A stretch of 64,000 nucleotides of DNA from contig JBGAQA010000032.1 in assembly GCA_044220955.1 (NCBI GenBank), positions 1 through 64,000 on the forward strand, in the 5' to 3' direction. This DNA comes from Sandaracinaceae bacterium (lineage in GTDB: Bacteria; Myxococcota_A; Polyangia; Polyangiales; Sandaracinaceae). The position numbers were made by a program, and so were the translations under genes. The notes under the pieces were generated by a model that did not search any database, was not told the origin of the DNA, and saw only the letters and a list, made by a program, of their open reading frames with translations. Shown here piece by piece: positions 30,719 to 40,357 of the stretch (position 1 is its first letter; each line of letters begins with the position of its first letter).

Positions 30719-30758
30719 GCGCCGGTGGTACGGCGTCGTCGTGTCAGCAGAGTGTCAG

Positions 30759-32474
30759 TTAACGCGATCCCTCGACGGCGCCGCTCGTGCAGCCCGTCGA
30801 GGGTCGCGGCTGCCCGCGCTGGTCGGTCGCCGGGCAGGACACGCCGTGCCCGAGCGCGGGACTCCCGCTCGCGGGCAAGCACGTCGGCGTCGGCCCGCCG
30901 TGCTCGCCGATCGCGCCGAGCATCGGGTCGGCGATCGTCGTGGTGGGGGTGCAGAGCGCGTCGGGGCCGCCGCCCACGAGGTGCGTGCCGGGGTACTGCA
31001 GATCGCCCTCGCCGGTCCCGTTCGACATGCACTGCATCGGCGCGCCCGGGTTCTGCGCGGTGTTGTTCGCGAACAGATCGCTGGTCAGCGTGAGCGTCGG
31101 ATTGCCGGCGAGCGCCGCGCCGAAGTACGGATCGCCGCCGTCGGCGTGGTTGTTCGCGAACGTCGAGAACGCGATGGTCCCGTCGCCGCCGAAGAGACAG
31201 ATCGCGCCGCCGAGCCCCGCGCTCGCGACGTTGCCTTCGAAGGTGTCGTTCAGGAGATCGAAGTGCGATCCGTCCGACTGGATCGCGCCGCAGCCGCGGT
31301 CCGCGACGTTCGCGTGGAACGTCGTCGCGCGGATCTGGAGCTGCGAGTTGTGGAAGTACGCCGCGCCGCCCGACGCGCACGTGTTGCGGTCGAAGGTGCA
31401 GCGGTCGATCACGGTCGTCTGCGTCGACGCGTCGGGCGTGCGGAAGATCGCGCCGCCGAGCGCGCCGTCGCCGCCCTGGTTCCCGCGGAAGACGACGCCG
31501 CAGAGCGTGTGGGTCGCGTCGGAGCCGCCGTCGATCACGATCGCGCCGCCGTTGCCGCCGCTCCCGGTCTGGTACTGGTGCGTGTCGGCCATCACGGAGC
31601 ACATGCTCATGTCGTCGCCGTTGGCGCCGTTGCCCTCCGCGACGTTGCCCTCGAACGTACTGTCGTAGACGTCGAGGTCGCTGTTCAGCACCTGAATGGC
31701 GCCGCCGTTGCTCGCGCGGTTCGCGAGGAAGCTGCTGCCCACCACCACCGCGCCGAGCGCGCCGTTGAGCGAGATCGCGCCGCCGCCGACGTCCGGGCCG
31801 AGCGAGGCGGCGCGGTCGTCGAGGAAGGTGCAGTCGAAGACGTGGAGCGTCCCGTCGCGCACGTACACGGCGCCGCCGAACCCGTCGTAGAAGCCCTGCG
31901 AGCAGGGTGCGGGCGCGCTCGCGTACATCCGCGTCCCGATCGCGCGTCCGTGGGCCAGCTCGAGGTGCTGGAGCGTGAGCACGTGGGTGTTCACGCGGTA
32001 GTCGCCGTGATCGAACGAGAGGATCTGCGAGGCGCCGCCGCCGTCCAGCGTGACGTGACCACCGCCGTCGATCGTCGTGTCGCGGTCGGTCGGGACGTCG
32101 ATCACCGTCGTGATCGCGATCGTGACGTCGCCGCCGCAGTCGAAGCCGATGGTGCCGCCCATCGCGACGGCGGCGCGGAGGGACGCCTCGGTGCACGAGT
32201 CGGGCGTGCCGGTGCCGACGACGTGATCGGGCGTGGACGTGTCGACGGGCGAGATGGGTGCGCCGCAGATCGTGCCGGGGGGCGTGACCGATCCGGCGTC
32301 GACGGCGGGTCCGGCGTCGTTGCCGGGTCCGGCGTCGTTGCCGGGACCCGCGTCGTTGCCGGGGCCGCTGCCCGTGTCGCGGCCGGGCCCGCCGTCGGAG
32401 GTCGGTGTGCCGCCGCCGCCGCAGCCGGCCGAGACCACCAGGACCAAGAGCAACGAAGGGCGGAAGGCGCGCAT
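30759..32474 (-). CDS. Lipoprotein with right-handed beta-helix (GGAI/FxxN) repeats and a choice-of-anchor-Q-like C-terminus
   Basis: Lipobox SAGC; many GGAI and F.xN.A motifs; DP.LG.....GGPT.T.LP..GSPA....TDQRG.PR....C..GA.E. Confidence 0.8.
   Translation of the reverse strand: MRAFRPSLLLVLVVSAGCGGGGTPTSDGGPGRDTGSGPGNDAGPGNDAGPGNDAGPAVDAGSVTPPGTICGAPISPVDTSTPDHVVGTGTPDSCTEASLRAAVAMGGTIGFDCGGDVTIAITTVIDVPTDRDTTIDGGGHVTLDGGGASQILSFDHGDYRVNTHVLTLQHLELAHGRAIGTRMYASAPAPCSQGFYDGFGGAVYVRDGTLHVFDCTFLDDRAASLGPDVGGGAISLNGALGAVVVGSSFLANRASNGGAIQVLNSDLDVYDSTFEGNVAEGNGANGDDMSMCSVMADTHQYQTGSGGNGGAIVIDGGSDATHTLCGVVFRGNQGGDGALGGAIFRTPDASTQTTVIDRCTFDRNTCASGGAAYFHNSQLQIRATTFHANVADRGCGAIQSDGSHFDLLNDTFEGNVASAGLGGAICLFGGDGTIAFSTFANNHADGGDPYFGAALAGNPTLTLTSDLFANNTAQNPGAPMQCMSNGTGEGDLQYPGTHLVGGGPDALCTPTTTIADPMLGAIGEHGGPTPTCLPASGSPALGHGVSCPATDQRGQPRPSTGCTSGAVEGSR
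32308..32366. repeat. Three 18-bp coding repeats (GPGNDA) in the lipoprotein linker
   Basis: GCGTCGTTGCCGGG recurs at an 18-bp period. Confidence 0.8.
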
Positions 32475-32536
32475 GGTTGCATCGTAGCCCGGCCTGCTAG
32501 GCTCGCGCGCCTCTCGACGGAAACAAGGAGCACGCG

Positions 32537-33358
<822 letters not shown>

Positions 33359-33365
33359 GCGAAGC

Positions 33366-33839
33366 TCACTCGATCGCGAAGGGCGCGGTCACGAGGCGGG
33401 CGCCGCCGTCGCAGGGCGTGACGGCCATGCGGTAGCGGCCCGCGCCGGCGTCGCCGCACTCCTCGCACGCGCACTGCGCGTCGCCGACCATGTCGGTCCA
33501 GGCCGCGGCGCGGAACGTGGTGCCCGCCGGGATCTCCACGCACGCGGGCGGCTCGACGAGGCCGCCGCCGGCGGAGTCGCAGCGCTCGCGGAGATAGAGC
33601 ATCGACGCCTCGACGTGCTCCCACGCGCCGCCGGCCTCGCGCTCGACCTCGATGGTGCGCTGCAGCCGGAGAGGTGTGCCGGTTCCGTTGTCGACGACGA
33701 GGACGTGGCCGCGGTCCGCGGGCTCGCTGCGTACGGTGACGACGCCGGAGGCCGTCGCCGGATGCGGTGCCGGGGTCGGGTCCGACGAGGCGCCGCACGC
33801 CGTGGTGAACGCGAGGAGGAGAAAGACCGCTCGCTGCAT
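33366..33839 (-). CDS. Cys-rich lipoprotein with a QCxCxxC motif (paralogue of 55322-55867)
   Basis: Start MQRAVFLLLAFTTAC; LRERC...CVEI..G.....AW....GDAQCACEECG....GRYR..VT.CDG. Confidence 0.7.
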   Translation of the reverse strand: MQRAVFLLLAFTTACGASSDPTPAPHPATASGVVTVRSEPADRGHVLVVDNGTGTPLRLQRTIEVEREAGGAWEHVEASMLYLRERCDSAGGGLVEPPACVEIPAGTTFRAAAWTDMVGDAQCACEECGDAGAGRYRMAVTPCDGGARLVTAPFAIE

Positions 33840-33873
33840 GCCACGAGGATACGCCCGTGCGATGCTCGCGCGC

Positions 33874-34743
33874 ATGAAGCGCATGCACACGCTCTCCGCC
33901 CTCTTCCTCGTCGTCGCGGGCTGCGGTGGCTCGAGCGAGCGGGCCGAATATCCGTCCACGGCGTCGACCGATCCGAGCGCGGACGAGATGGGCCTGCCGT
34001 CCGCGGATGCCGGCACCCCTCAGGCCGAGGCCCAGGCTGACGAGGCGCCGCCCGCGCCACCGCCGCCGATGGTCGTGCAGGGCGTGACCACGGCGATCGA
34101 GGGCGCGACGCCGACGCTTCGTGTGAGCGCGCCGCGCGCCGGGCAGACGATCCGCAGCGGCCCCGTCACGGTGCGCTTCGATCTCCAGCACTGGGAGCTG
34201 GTCTCGCCCGCCGGACCGCACGTCCACGTGATCGTCGACAACGAGCCCTACATGGCCGTCCGCGCGACGGGCCCCTTCGATCTCGCGGCGCTCGTGCAGC
34301 AGAACCTCGGCCACCCGCTCGCCGAAGGAACACACGTGCTGCGCATGTTCCCGAGCCGCACGCAGCACGAGTCGGTGAAGGACGCCGCCGCGTTCGCGGT
34401 GGTGGTGTTCCACTACGGGCACGCCACGGAGGGCTTCTCCTTCGACCCGGCGGCGCCGCTCCTCACCTTCAGTCGCCCGAAGGGCTGTAACCCCGCGGGC
34501 TCGCACGTCCTGCTCGACTTCTTCGTGACGAACGCCGAGCTCGGCACCGACGGCTACCGCGTCCGCTACACGCTCGACGGCACGAGCGGCCTCATCACGA
34601 GCTGGGTGCCGCACTGGCTCGAGAACCTGAGCACGGGCGACCACACCGTCCGCCTCGAGCTCCTCGACATGGCCGGCAACCCCGTGCCGGGCATGTTCAA
34701 CGACACGACGCGCACGTTCAGCGTCGCCGACGCCTGTCCCTGA
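33874..34743 (+). CDS. Hypothetical lipoprotein with two beta-rich domains
   Basis: Lipobox VAGC; GPHVHVIVDNEPY, GTHVLRMFPSR..HESVK, LTFSRPKG. Confidence 0.7.
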   Translation: MKRMHTLSALFLVVAGCGGSSERAEYPSTASTDPSADEMGLPSADAGTPQAEAQADEAPPAPPPPMVVQGVTTAIEGATPTLRVSAPRAGQTIRSGPVTVRFDLQHWELVSPAGPHVHVIVDNEPYMAVRATGPFDLAALVQQNLGHPLAEGTHVLRMFPSRTQHESVKDAAAFAVVVFHYGHATEGFSFDPAAPLLTFSRPKGCNPAGSHVLLDFFVTNAELGTDGYRVRYTLDGTSGLITSWVPHWLENLSTGDHTVRLELLDMAGNPVPGMFNDTTRTFSVADACP

Positions 34744-36043
34744 AGGCCGGCGGCGGGTCATCGACCCGCGCGAAGCCGGGGAGGCCGTCCCACGCGATCG
34801 CCTCGCGCAGCATCACGAGGAACGTTCCCTCGCGCCCGCGCAGCGCCGGATCGATCGCGTCGCTCGGCGTCTCGACCGAGACGACGCCGCCCGAGAAGTT
34901 CGCCTTCGTCACGTCGTCGCCGGCGAGATCGAGCGCGTAGCGCCGCGCGGCCGGGGCCTTCGCCACGTCGAAGTCCGAGTCGAGCGCGTCCGCGAGCGCG
35001 GCCTCGAGGCTCGTGACTGCCAGAGGGTCGGCGTACCAGTGCGGGTCGTCACCGCGCTCGACGTAGGTCTTCTTCGGCCAGCCCGGGTTGTTGCCGCGCA
35101 GGTCCACCGCGCCGACCAGGGCCCAGAAGCGGGCGAGCGCGAGCGGGACTCTGCCCACGCGCTTCTCGAGCGCGCGCAGCTTCGTCGCGAAGCGCTTCGG
35201 CGGGTCGGCGAGCGGGGCGCTCGCCACGAACACGAAGCCGTCCGCCGCGAGCGCGGACACCACGTGCTCGAGCTGGCCACGGATCGCGCGCAGCTCCTCG
35301 TCGAGCGCCCGACGCTCGGCGGGGGACGGCTTCGGGGGTGGTGCTGGCTTCGGCGCATCGCGCTTGCGCGCCGCGACCAGCGGCCTCCACGAGACCTCGG
35401 GGAGCCGCACGAGCACTGCCTCGGCGGCCGGCGCGAGCGCCCGGTCGAAGTACGCGTCGATCACGAACGCGAGCCAGGGCCCGTCCGGTGCGAGGAGCGC
35501 GAGGCTCGGTGCTCCGGGGCTCGCGCCGGGCCGGCCCAGCTCCGCTCCGAGCGCTCCGAGCAGCGCAGCCCGGCGCTCGGGCCCACCGACGGCCGCGGAG
35601 CTCGGGGCGTCCCCGCGGAGCAGCGCGGCGCGTGCGCGGAGCTGACGCGCGACGGAGTCCGCGTCCTCCGGAGGCGCACCGACGGGCCCCGCCGCGGCGG
35701 CCACTCCAGCGGGACCGGCGTGGAGCAGGCCGTGGAGCGCGCGGATGCGCAGCTCGCGCTGCGGGTGATGCTCCGCGACGTGCGCAAGGCGCGCGATCGC
35801 ATCGGGGGTCTGCGTCGCGCCGAGCTGCACGAGCAGCTCCTCGATCACGCAACGAGGCTTCGGCTCGAGGTGGCGATCGCACGCGTCGATCGCGGCGCCG
35901 CGGAGCAGGGCTTCGCGCCGCGCGGGCCAGTCGTCGCGCGGCGCGCGCCCGCCCCACGTCGCGAGCCCGGGCGTGGCGGCGAAGAGCGCCTCGGCGAACG
36001 CGTCGAGACCTCGATCGGCGAGGCGGGCGAGCTCGTCGTGCAT
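34718..36043 (-). CDS. Hypothetical protein (helical N-terminus; C-terminus weakly SMI1/KNR4-like)
   Basis: Long ORF with plausible codon usage; LRALEKRVGRVPLALARFWALVG segment. Confidence 0.55.
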   Translation of the reverse strand: MHDELARLADRGLDAFAEALFAATPGLATWGGRAPRDDWPARREALLRGAAIDACDRHLEPKPRCVIEELLVQLGATQTPDAIARLAHVAEHHPQRELRIRALHGLLHAGPAGVAAAAGPVGAPPEDADSVARQLRARAALLRGDAPSSAAVGGPERRAALLGALGAELGRPGASPGAPSLALLAPDGPWLAFVIDAYFDRALAPAAEAVLVRLPEVSWRPLVAARKRDAPKPAPPPKPSPAERRALDEELRAIRGQLEHVVSALAADGFVFVASAPLADPPKRFATKLRALEKRVGRVPLALARFWALVGAVDLRGNNPGWPKKTYVERGDDPHWYADPLAVTSLEAALADALDSDFDVAKAPAARRYALDLAGDDVTKANFSGGVVSVETPSDAIDPALRGREGTFLVMLREAIAWDGLPGFARVDDPPPAFRDRRRRR

Positions 36044-36065
36044 CGCGCGACGATACTCGACCCCG

Positions 36066-36626
36066 TCAGGGCCGAGGATCGGTCTCGGTCGCGTAGTCCA
36101 CGGTCCACCGATCGGCGGGCGCCGCGAAGACGCTCGTGTCGTGGCCGATCACCCGCAGGTGCGTCGTGCGATCCAGCGACGTGCCGAACGCGTAGCTCGA
36201 GGTGATCGTCGTGCGGTAGCCGGTCGTGTAGAGGACGTCGCCGCGGTAGCGCAGCTCCATCGTGAGCACGTGCGGCCCCGAGGGGACGGGCCCCGCGTAG
36301 ATCGCGCCGCTCTCGATCTGCGCAGCGTCCATCGACGTGAAGAGGCGTGCACCGTCGAGCGCGAAGGTGGCCGACACCGGCGCGAGCCCGCCGAAGTGGT
36401 CCTCGAAGGTCAGCACGAGCCGCGCCGAGCCCATCTCGTCCAGGCCGTAGATGCCCAGGCCGCGCAGGTGCCGGCGGACGTCCGCCAGGCCGCTGTAGAC
36501 GCCCTCGGACTCGCGCTGCAGCGCGTCGAGCTCGCTCCGGGCCGTGGCGGCGTCGGCGATCTGGGCCTCCGCGAGCCCCGGGGCGACGAGGAAGAAGGCG
36601 GCGAGGACGGGTGCGAAGCGCGCCAT
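36066..36626 (-). CDS. Secreted hypothetical protein (coiled coil plus beta domain)
   Basis: GGAGG RBS; signal peptide MARFAPVLAAFFLVAPGLAEA. Confidence 0.7.
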   Translation of the reverse strand: MARFAPVLAAFFLVAPGLAEAQIADAATARSELDALQRESEGVYSGLADVRRHLRGLGIYGLDEMGSARLVLTFEDHFGGLAPVSATFALDGARLFTSMDAAQIESGAIYAGPVPSGPHVLTMELRYRGDVLYTTGYRTTITSSYAFGTSLDRTTHLRVIGHDTSVFAAPADRWTVDYATETDPRP

Positions 36627-36808
36627 GGAGACACCTCCAGTCTGCTCTGGTGCGCGGCAGGGCCCCGGCATTCGAGATCTCCGTCTCTCGGGCGCGATGG
36701 GTCCGCGGGGCATGCGTGCGTCCCCGCCGCGGGCCGCTCGCTGGGCGCGCGACGACGCGTTTGATCTCGACCGCGTAGCGCGTCTTCGGCCTGCTAGGCT
36801 GGGCCGCG

Positions 36809-38464
36809 ATGGCCGCCCCGACCCTGCTCTCCACCGTCCGCGACCTCGATCGCCTGAGGCAGATCATCGGTGTCCTCGTGCGCCACGGGTTCGGCGAGGT
36901 CATCGGCCGCACGGCGCTCGGCGGGCTCGTCTCGGGCAAGTCGGAGGCGCAGAAGAACCAGTCGGTCGGCGAGCGCATCCGGCTCGTCGTGCAGGATCTC
37001 GGGCCGAGCTTCGTGAAGCTCGGGCAGATCGTCTCGACGCGGCCCGATCTCGTGCCCGCCGACGTCATCGTGGAGCTCAAGAAGCTCCAGGATCGCGTGC
37101 CGCCGGTCCCCTTCGCGGAGATCAAGGTCGTCATCGAGGCCGACGTCGCGCGCTCGATCTTCGATCTCGTCGAGTGGATCGACGAGAACCCGCTCGCCTC
37201 CGCCTCGATCGGCCAGGTGCACCGCGCGCGCATCAAGCTCGACGACGGGGCCATCAAGGAGGTCGTCCTCAAGGTCCAGCGGCCGAACATCAAGCTCACG
37301 ATCGAGCGCGACCTCGAGCTGCTCCACCTGCTCGCCGGCGCCATCGAGCGCGCGATCCCCGAGTCGCGCCTCTACCAGCCCGCGAAGATGGTCGCGGAGT
37401 TCGATCGCGCGATCACCGCCGAGCTCGACTTCGGGCTCGAGGCCGATCACGCCGAGCGCTTCGCGAAGAATTTCGAGGGCATGCCCTACGTGCGCTTCCC
37501 GAAGGTGTACCGCGGCCACTCGGGCAAGCGCGTGCTCGCGCTCGAGTTCTTCAAGGGCAAGAAGGTCTACGACGCGATCGCCGAGGGCTACGACGGCGAG
37601 GCGATCACGCGCGCGATGCTCACGATCACCATCAAGAGCATCTTCGAGGACGGCTTCTTCCACGCCGATCCGCACCCCGGGAACATCTTGATCATGGGGA
37701 CGCCCGAGGCGCCGGTGATCGGGCTCATCGACCTCGGGCTCGTCGGGCGCCTGACGCCGCAGCTCCGCGACAAGACGATCGACCTCATGGTCGCCGCGGT
37801 GCAGGAAGACCCGCGCGGCCTCGCCGACGCGCTGCTCCAGATCGGCACGCCGACGAAGAAGGTCGATCGCGCCGCGTTCGAGGCCGAGGTCGCCACACTG
37901 TCCGAGAAGTACCTCGGCCGTCAGATGAAGGAGATCGAGGTCTCCGCGCTGATCCGCGACCTCGTGCAGGGCTCGCAGAAGTACGGCCTCGAGATCCCGC
38001 CGGACTTCCTCATGGTCGGCAAGTCGATCATGACGATGGAGGGCGTCGGCAAGGAGATCGCACCCGACTTCGATCTCTATCGCGAGATGAAGCCCTACTT
38101 CCTGAAGCTCCTCGCGCAGCGCTACTCGCCCGAGCGGATGCTGCCCGAGCTCTTGCGCTCGCTCTCGCGCATCAGCGTAGCGGCGACGGACTTCCCCATC
38201 CAGTCGCAGGAGATCCTCGAGGATCTGCGGCAGGGGCGCCTGGAGATCCGCACGCGCGATCCACAGGCGGGCGGTGCGATCGACGTGATCGGGCGACGCC
38301 TCTACTCGGGCCTCGTCGTCGCGGGCCTGCTCGCGGGCAGCGCGCACCTGCTCGCGGCCGGGAGCATGTTCATGGGCGTGTTCTTCTTCGTGGCCGCGCT
38401 CGCATGGGGCGGTGGACACACCCTGCTGACGCTCTGGCTCGGCCGCAAGGGCGCCAAGAAGTGA
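36809..38464 (+). CDS. ABC1/UbiB (AarF) family atypical kinase
   Basis: LGPSFVKLGQ, ASASIGQVH, LKVQRP, ELDF..EA, FHADPHPGN, IDLG; two C-terminal TMs. Confidence 0.95.
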   Translation: MAAPTLLSTVRDLDRLRQIIGVLVRHGFGEVIGRTALGGLVSGKSEAQKNQSVGERIRLVVQDLGPSFVKLGQIVSTRPDLVPADVIVELKKLQDRVPPVPFAEIKVVIEADVARSIFDLVEWIDENPLASASIGQVHRARIKLDDGAIKEVVLKVQRPNIKLTIERDLELLHLLAGAIERAIPESRLYQPAKMVAEFDRAITAELDFGLEADHAERFAKNFEGMPYVRFPKVYRGHSGKRVLALEFFKGKKVYDAIAEGYDGEAITRAMLTITIKSIFEDGFFHADPHPGNILIMGTPEAPVIGLIDLGLVGRLTPQLRDKTIDLMVAAVQEDPRGLADALLQIGTPTKKVDRAAFEAEVATLSEKYLGRQMKEIEVSALIRDLVQGSQKYGLEIPPDFLMVGKSIMTMEGVGKEIAPDFDLYREMKPYFLKLLAQRYSPERMLPELLRSLSRISVAATDFPIQSQEILEDLRQGRLEIRTRDPQAGGAIDVIGRRLYSGLVVAGLLAGSAHLLAAGSMFMGVFFFVAALAWGGGHTLLTLWLGRKGAKK

Positions 38465-38471
38465 TCGCGCA

Positions 38472-39143
38472 TCAGGGCAGGCGGGGATCGCAGAAGGGCG
38501 GGCCGGGGATCGTCTGGCGCGTGACGTCGCCCAGCGCGCTCACCGCTCCGTCGCGCTCGATCTGGTAGTCGCGAGCCCATGCGATGCCGCCGAGGCTCGT
38601 CAGCACGGGCGGAGACGGCGCGCCGCCGCAGGGATTCCGCATCTCGGTGAGCACGAACGACGTCTGCACCGTGAGCCGGATGCGCACGCCGTCGTACGTC
38701 GCGGCACTGACGCTCATCACCGCGGCGGGCATCTCGTCGAAGCCGAGCGCTTCGAGCGCGCCCTCGGTGTCCGCGTCGTGCGCGGCCACGGCGATCACCT
38801 GCTCGGCCCGGATGCGATCGATCGCGGTGCTCAGATCGGCGAAGCGATCCGTTCCGTCGACGCGGCGGAGCTCACGCACGACCCACACGCCGCTCGACGT
38901 CCCGGGGCCGGACGCGTCCTGGTAGTCGAGCAGCGCCCACTCGCCGACGGCTCCGAGGCGCGCGACGTCGGCGCGCGAGAGCATCGCGGGTGGGCCCGAC
39001 GAGTCCACGCGGATCGGGTGGGCGCCGTCCGCGTCCCACCCGGCGACCTCGAGCCCCGGGCCGGGCCCGACGAGCGCCGTCCGGAACGACGCGCAGCCGC
39101 CGAGCAGGAGAACGAGCACCCAGCACCAGCCTCGCCGAGCCAC
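38472..39143 (-). CDS. Hypothetical lipoprotein
   Basis: GTG start; VARRGWCWVLVLLLGGC lipobox; globular-looking body. Confidence 0.6.
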   Translation of the reverse strand: MARRGWCWVLVLLLGGCASFRTALVGPGPGLEVAGWDADGAHPIRVDSSGPPAMLSRADVARLGAVGEWALLDYQDASGPGTSSGVWVVRELRRVDGTDRFADLSTAIDRIRAEQVIAVAAHDADTEGALEALGFDEMPAAVMSVSAATYDGVRIRLTVQTSFVLTEMRNPCGGAPSPPVLTSLGGIAWARDYQIERDGAVSALGDVTRQTIPGPPFCDPRLP

Positions 39144-39175
39144 GGCAGCAAGAGTACCCGCGCCGGCGCGCCGGT

Positions 39176-40228
39176 TCACTTCCGCGAGGGCCTCGGCGGC
39201 TCGGCGAGCCCGGCGGCCTTGGCCTCGGCCTCGACCGACGCGGCGTCGGGCAGCGTGCGGGTCCACCTCGCGACCTCGTCGACACCTCCTTGCGCGGCGA
39301 CCCACGCGGCGAGCTGCTTCATGCCCTGCTCGACGCTCACCTTCGGCTCGACGCCGAGCTCGACCTGCGCCTTCTGCGTGTCGAAGAGCGTGCCGCGCGC
39401 GCGCCGGAGCATCGTCTCGCGGAGCGGGGTGTCGCCGCGCATCGCCGCCATCGCCCAGGCGAGCGAGAAGGGCGTGCCCGCTCGCGCCGCCGGGAGTCCG
39501 AGCGCGCGGCTCAGCTGCGCCAGCCACTCGCGCAGCTCGAGGAACTCGCCATCCGCGACGTAGTACGCCTGCCCACCGCTCTGGGGTGACTTCGCAGCCG
39601 CGAGCGCGGCGTCGACGACGAGGTCGACGTAGGTCGTCGCGACGAGGTTCTTGCCCTCGCCCCACATCGTGATGCCGCCGCTCTTGGCCTCGCGGATCAG
39701 GGCGGGCAGCGACGTCCGGTCGCCCGGGCCCCAGACCCAGCCGGGCCGGATCGCGCTGACCGAGAGCCGCTCGTCGCTGAGCGCGAGCGCGATCTCCTCG
39801 CCGAGGCGGATCGACTGTGCGCGGTCGCCGAAGGGCAGGTCCGAGATGTCGCGCTTCTCGTTCCAGTGCACCCGATCCTGGCTCGCCAGCGTCACGTCCG
39901 CGGAGGTCACCAGCACCACGTGCGGGACGCGTGCGTGCCTCGCCGCGGCGAGCACGTTCTCCACGCCGGCGACGTAGATCCACGGGTACACGCGCGGCGC
40001 CGCGCCGGAGGGCGCTCCGACCGCCCAGAAGATGGCGTCCGCGCCCTCGGCCGCGCGCGCGATCGCGTTCGGGTCGAGGACCGATCCGAGGCGCTTCCTC
40101 GCGTCGCCCTCGATCGACACCCGCGTCTCGTCCCGGACGAGCAGCGTCACCTCGTCCTTGCGCGTGACCAGGCGCCGCGCGATCGCGCCGCCGACGTGTC
40201 CCGTCGCTCCGAGCACCAGGGCCTTCAT
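39176..40228 (-). CDS. NAD-dependent epimerase/dehydratase (extended SDR, 3-beta-HSD-like)
   Basis: MKALVLGATGHVGG; IRPGWVWGPGD; the expected YxxxK appears replaced (RAQSI). Confidence 0.85.
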   Translation of the reverse strand: MKALVLGATGHVGGAIARRLVTRKDEVTLLVRDETRVSIEGDARKRLGSVLDPNAIARAAEGADAIFWAVGAPSGAAPRVYPWIYVAGVENVLAAARHARVPHVVLVTSADVTLASQDRVHWNEKRDISDLPFGDRAQSIRLGEEIALALSDERLSVSAIRPGWVWGPGDRTSLPALIREAKSGGITMWGEGKNLVATTYVDLVVDAALAAAKSPQSGGQAYYVADGEFLELREWLAQLSRALGLPAARAGTPFSLAWAMAAMRGDTPLRETMLRRARGTLFDTQKAQVELGVEPKVSVEQGMKQLAAWVAAQGGVDEVARWTRTLPDAASVEAEAKAAGLAEPPRPSRK

Positions 40229-40357
40229 GCGTGGCGCTGGTGTAGCGCGAACGAGGCGGCGAGAAACCAGGGAAACCGGCGAGGGGGGCGCGTGCATCCA
40301 CCCCGAAGACACGCGCCGGGTCGCCGGGTTCCCGGGGCCCCTGTACGATCGCCGAGC

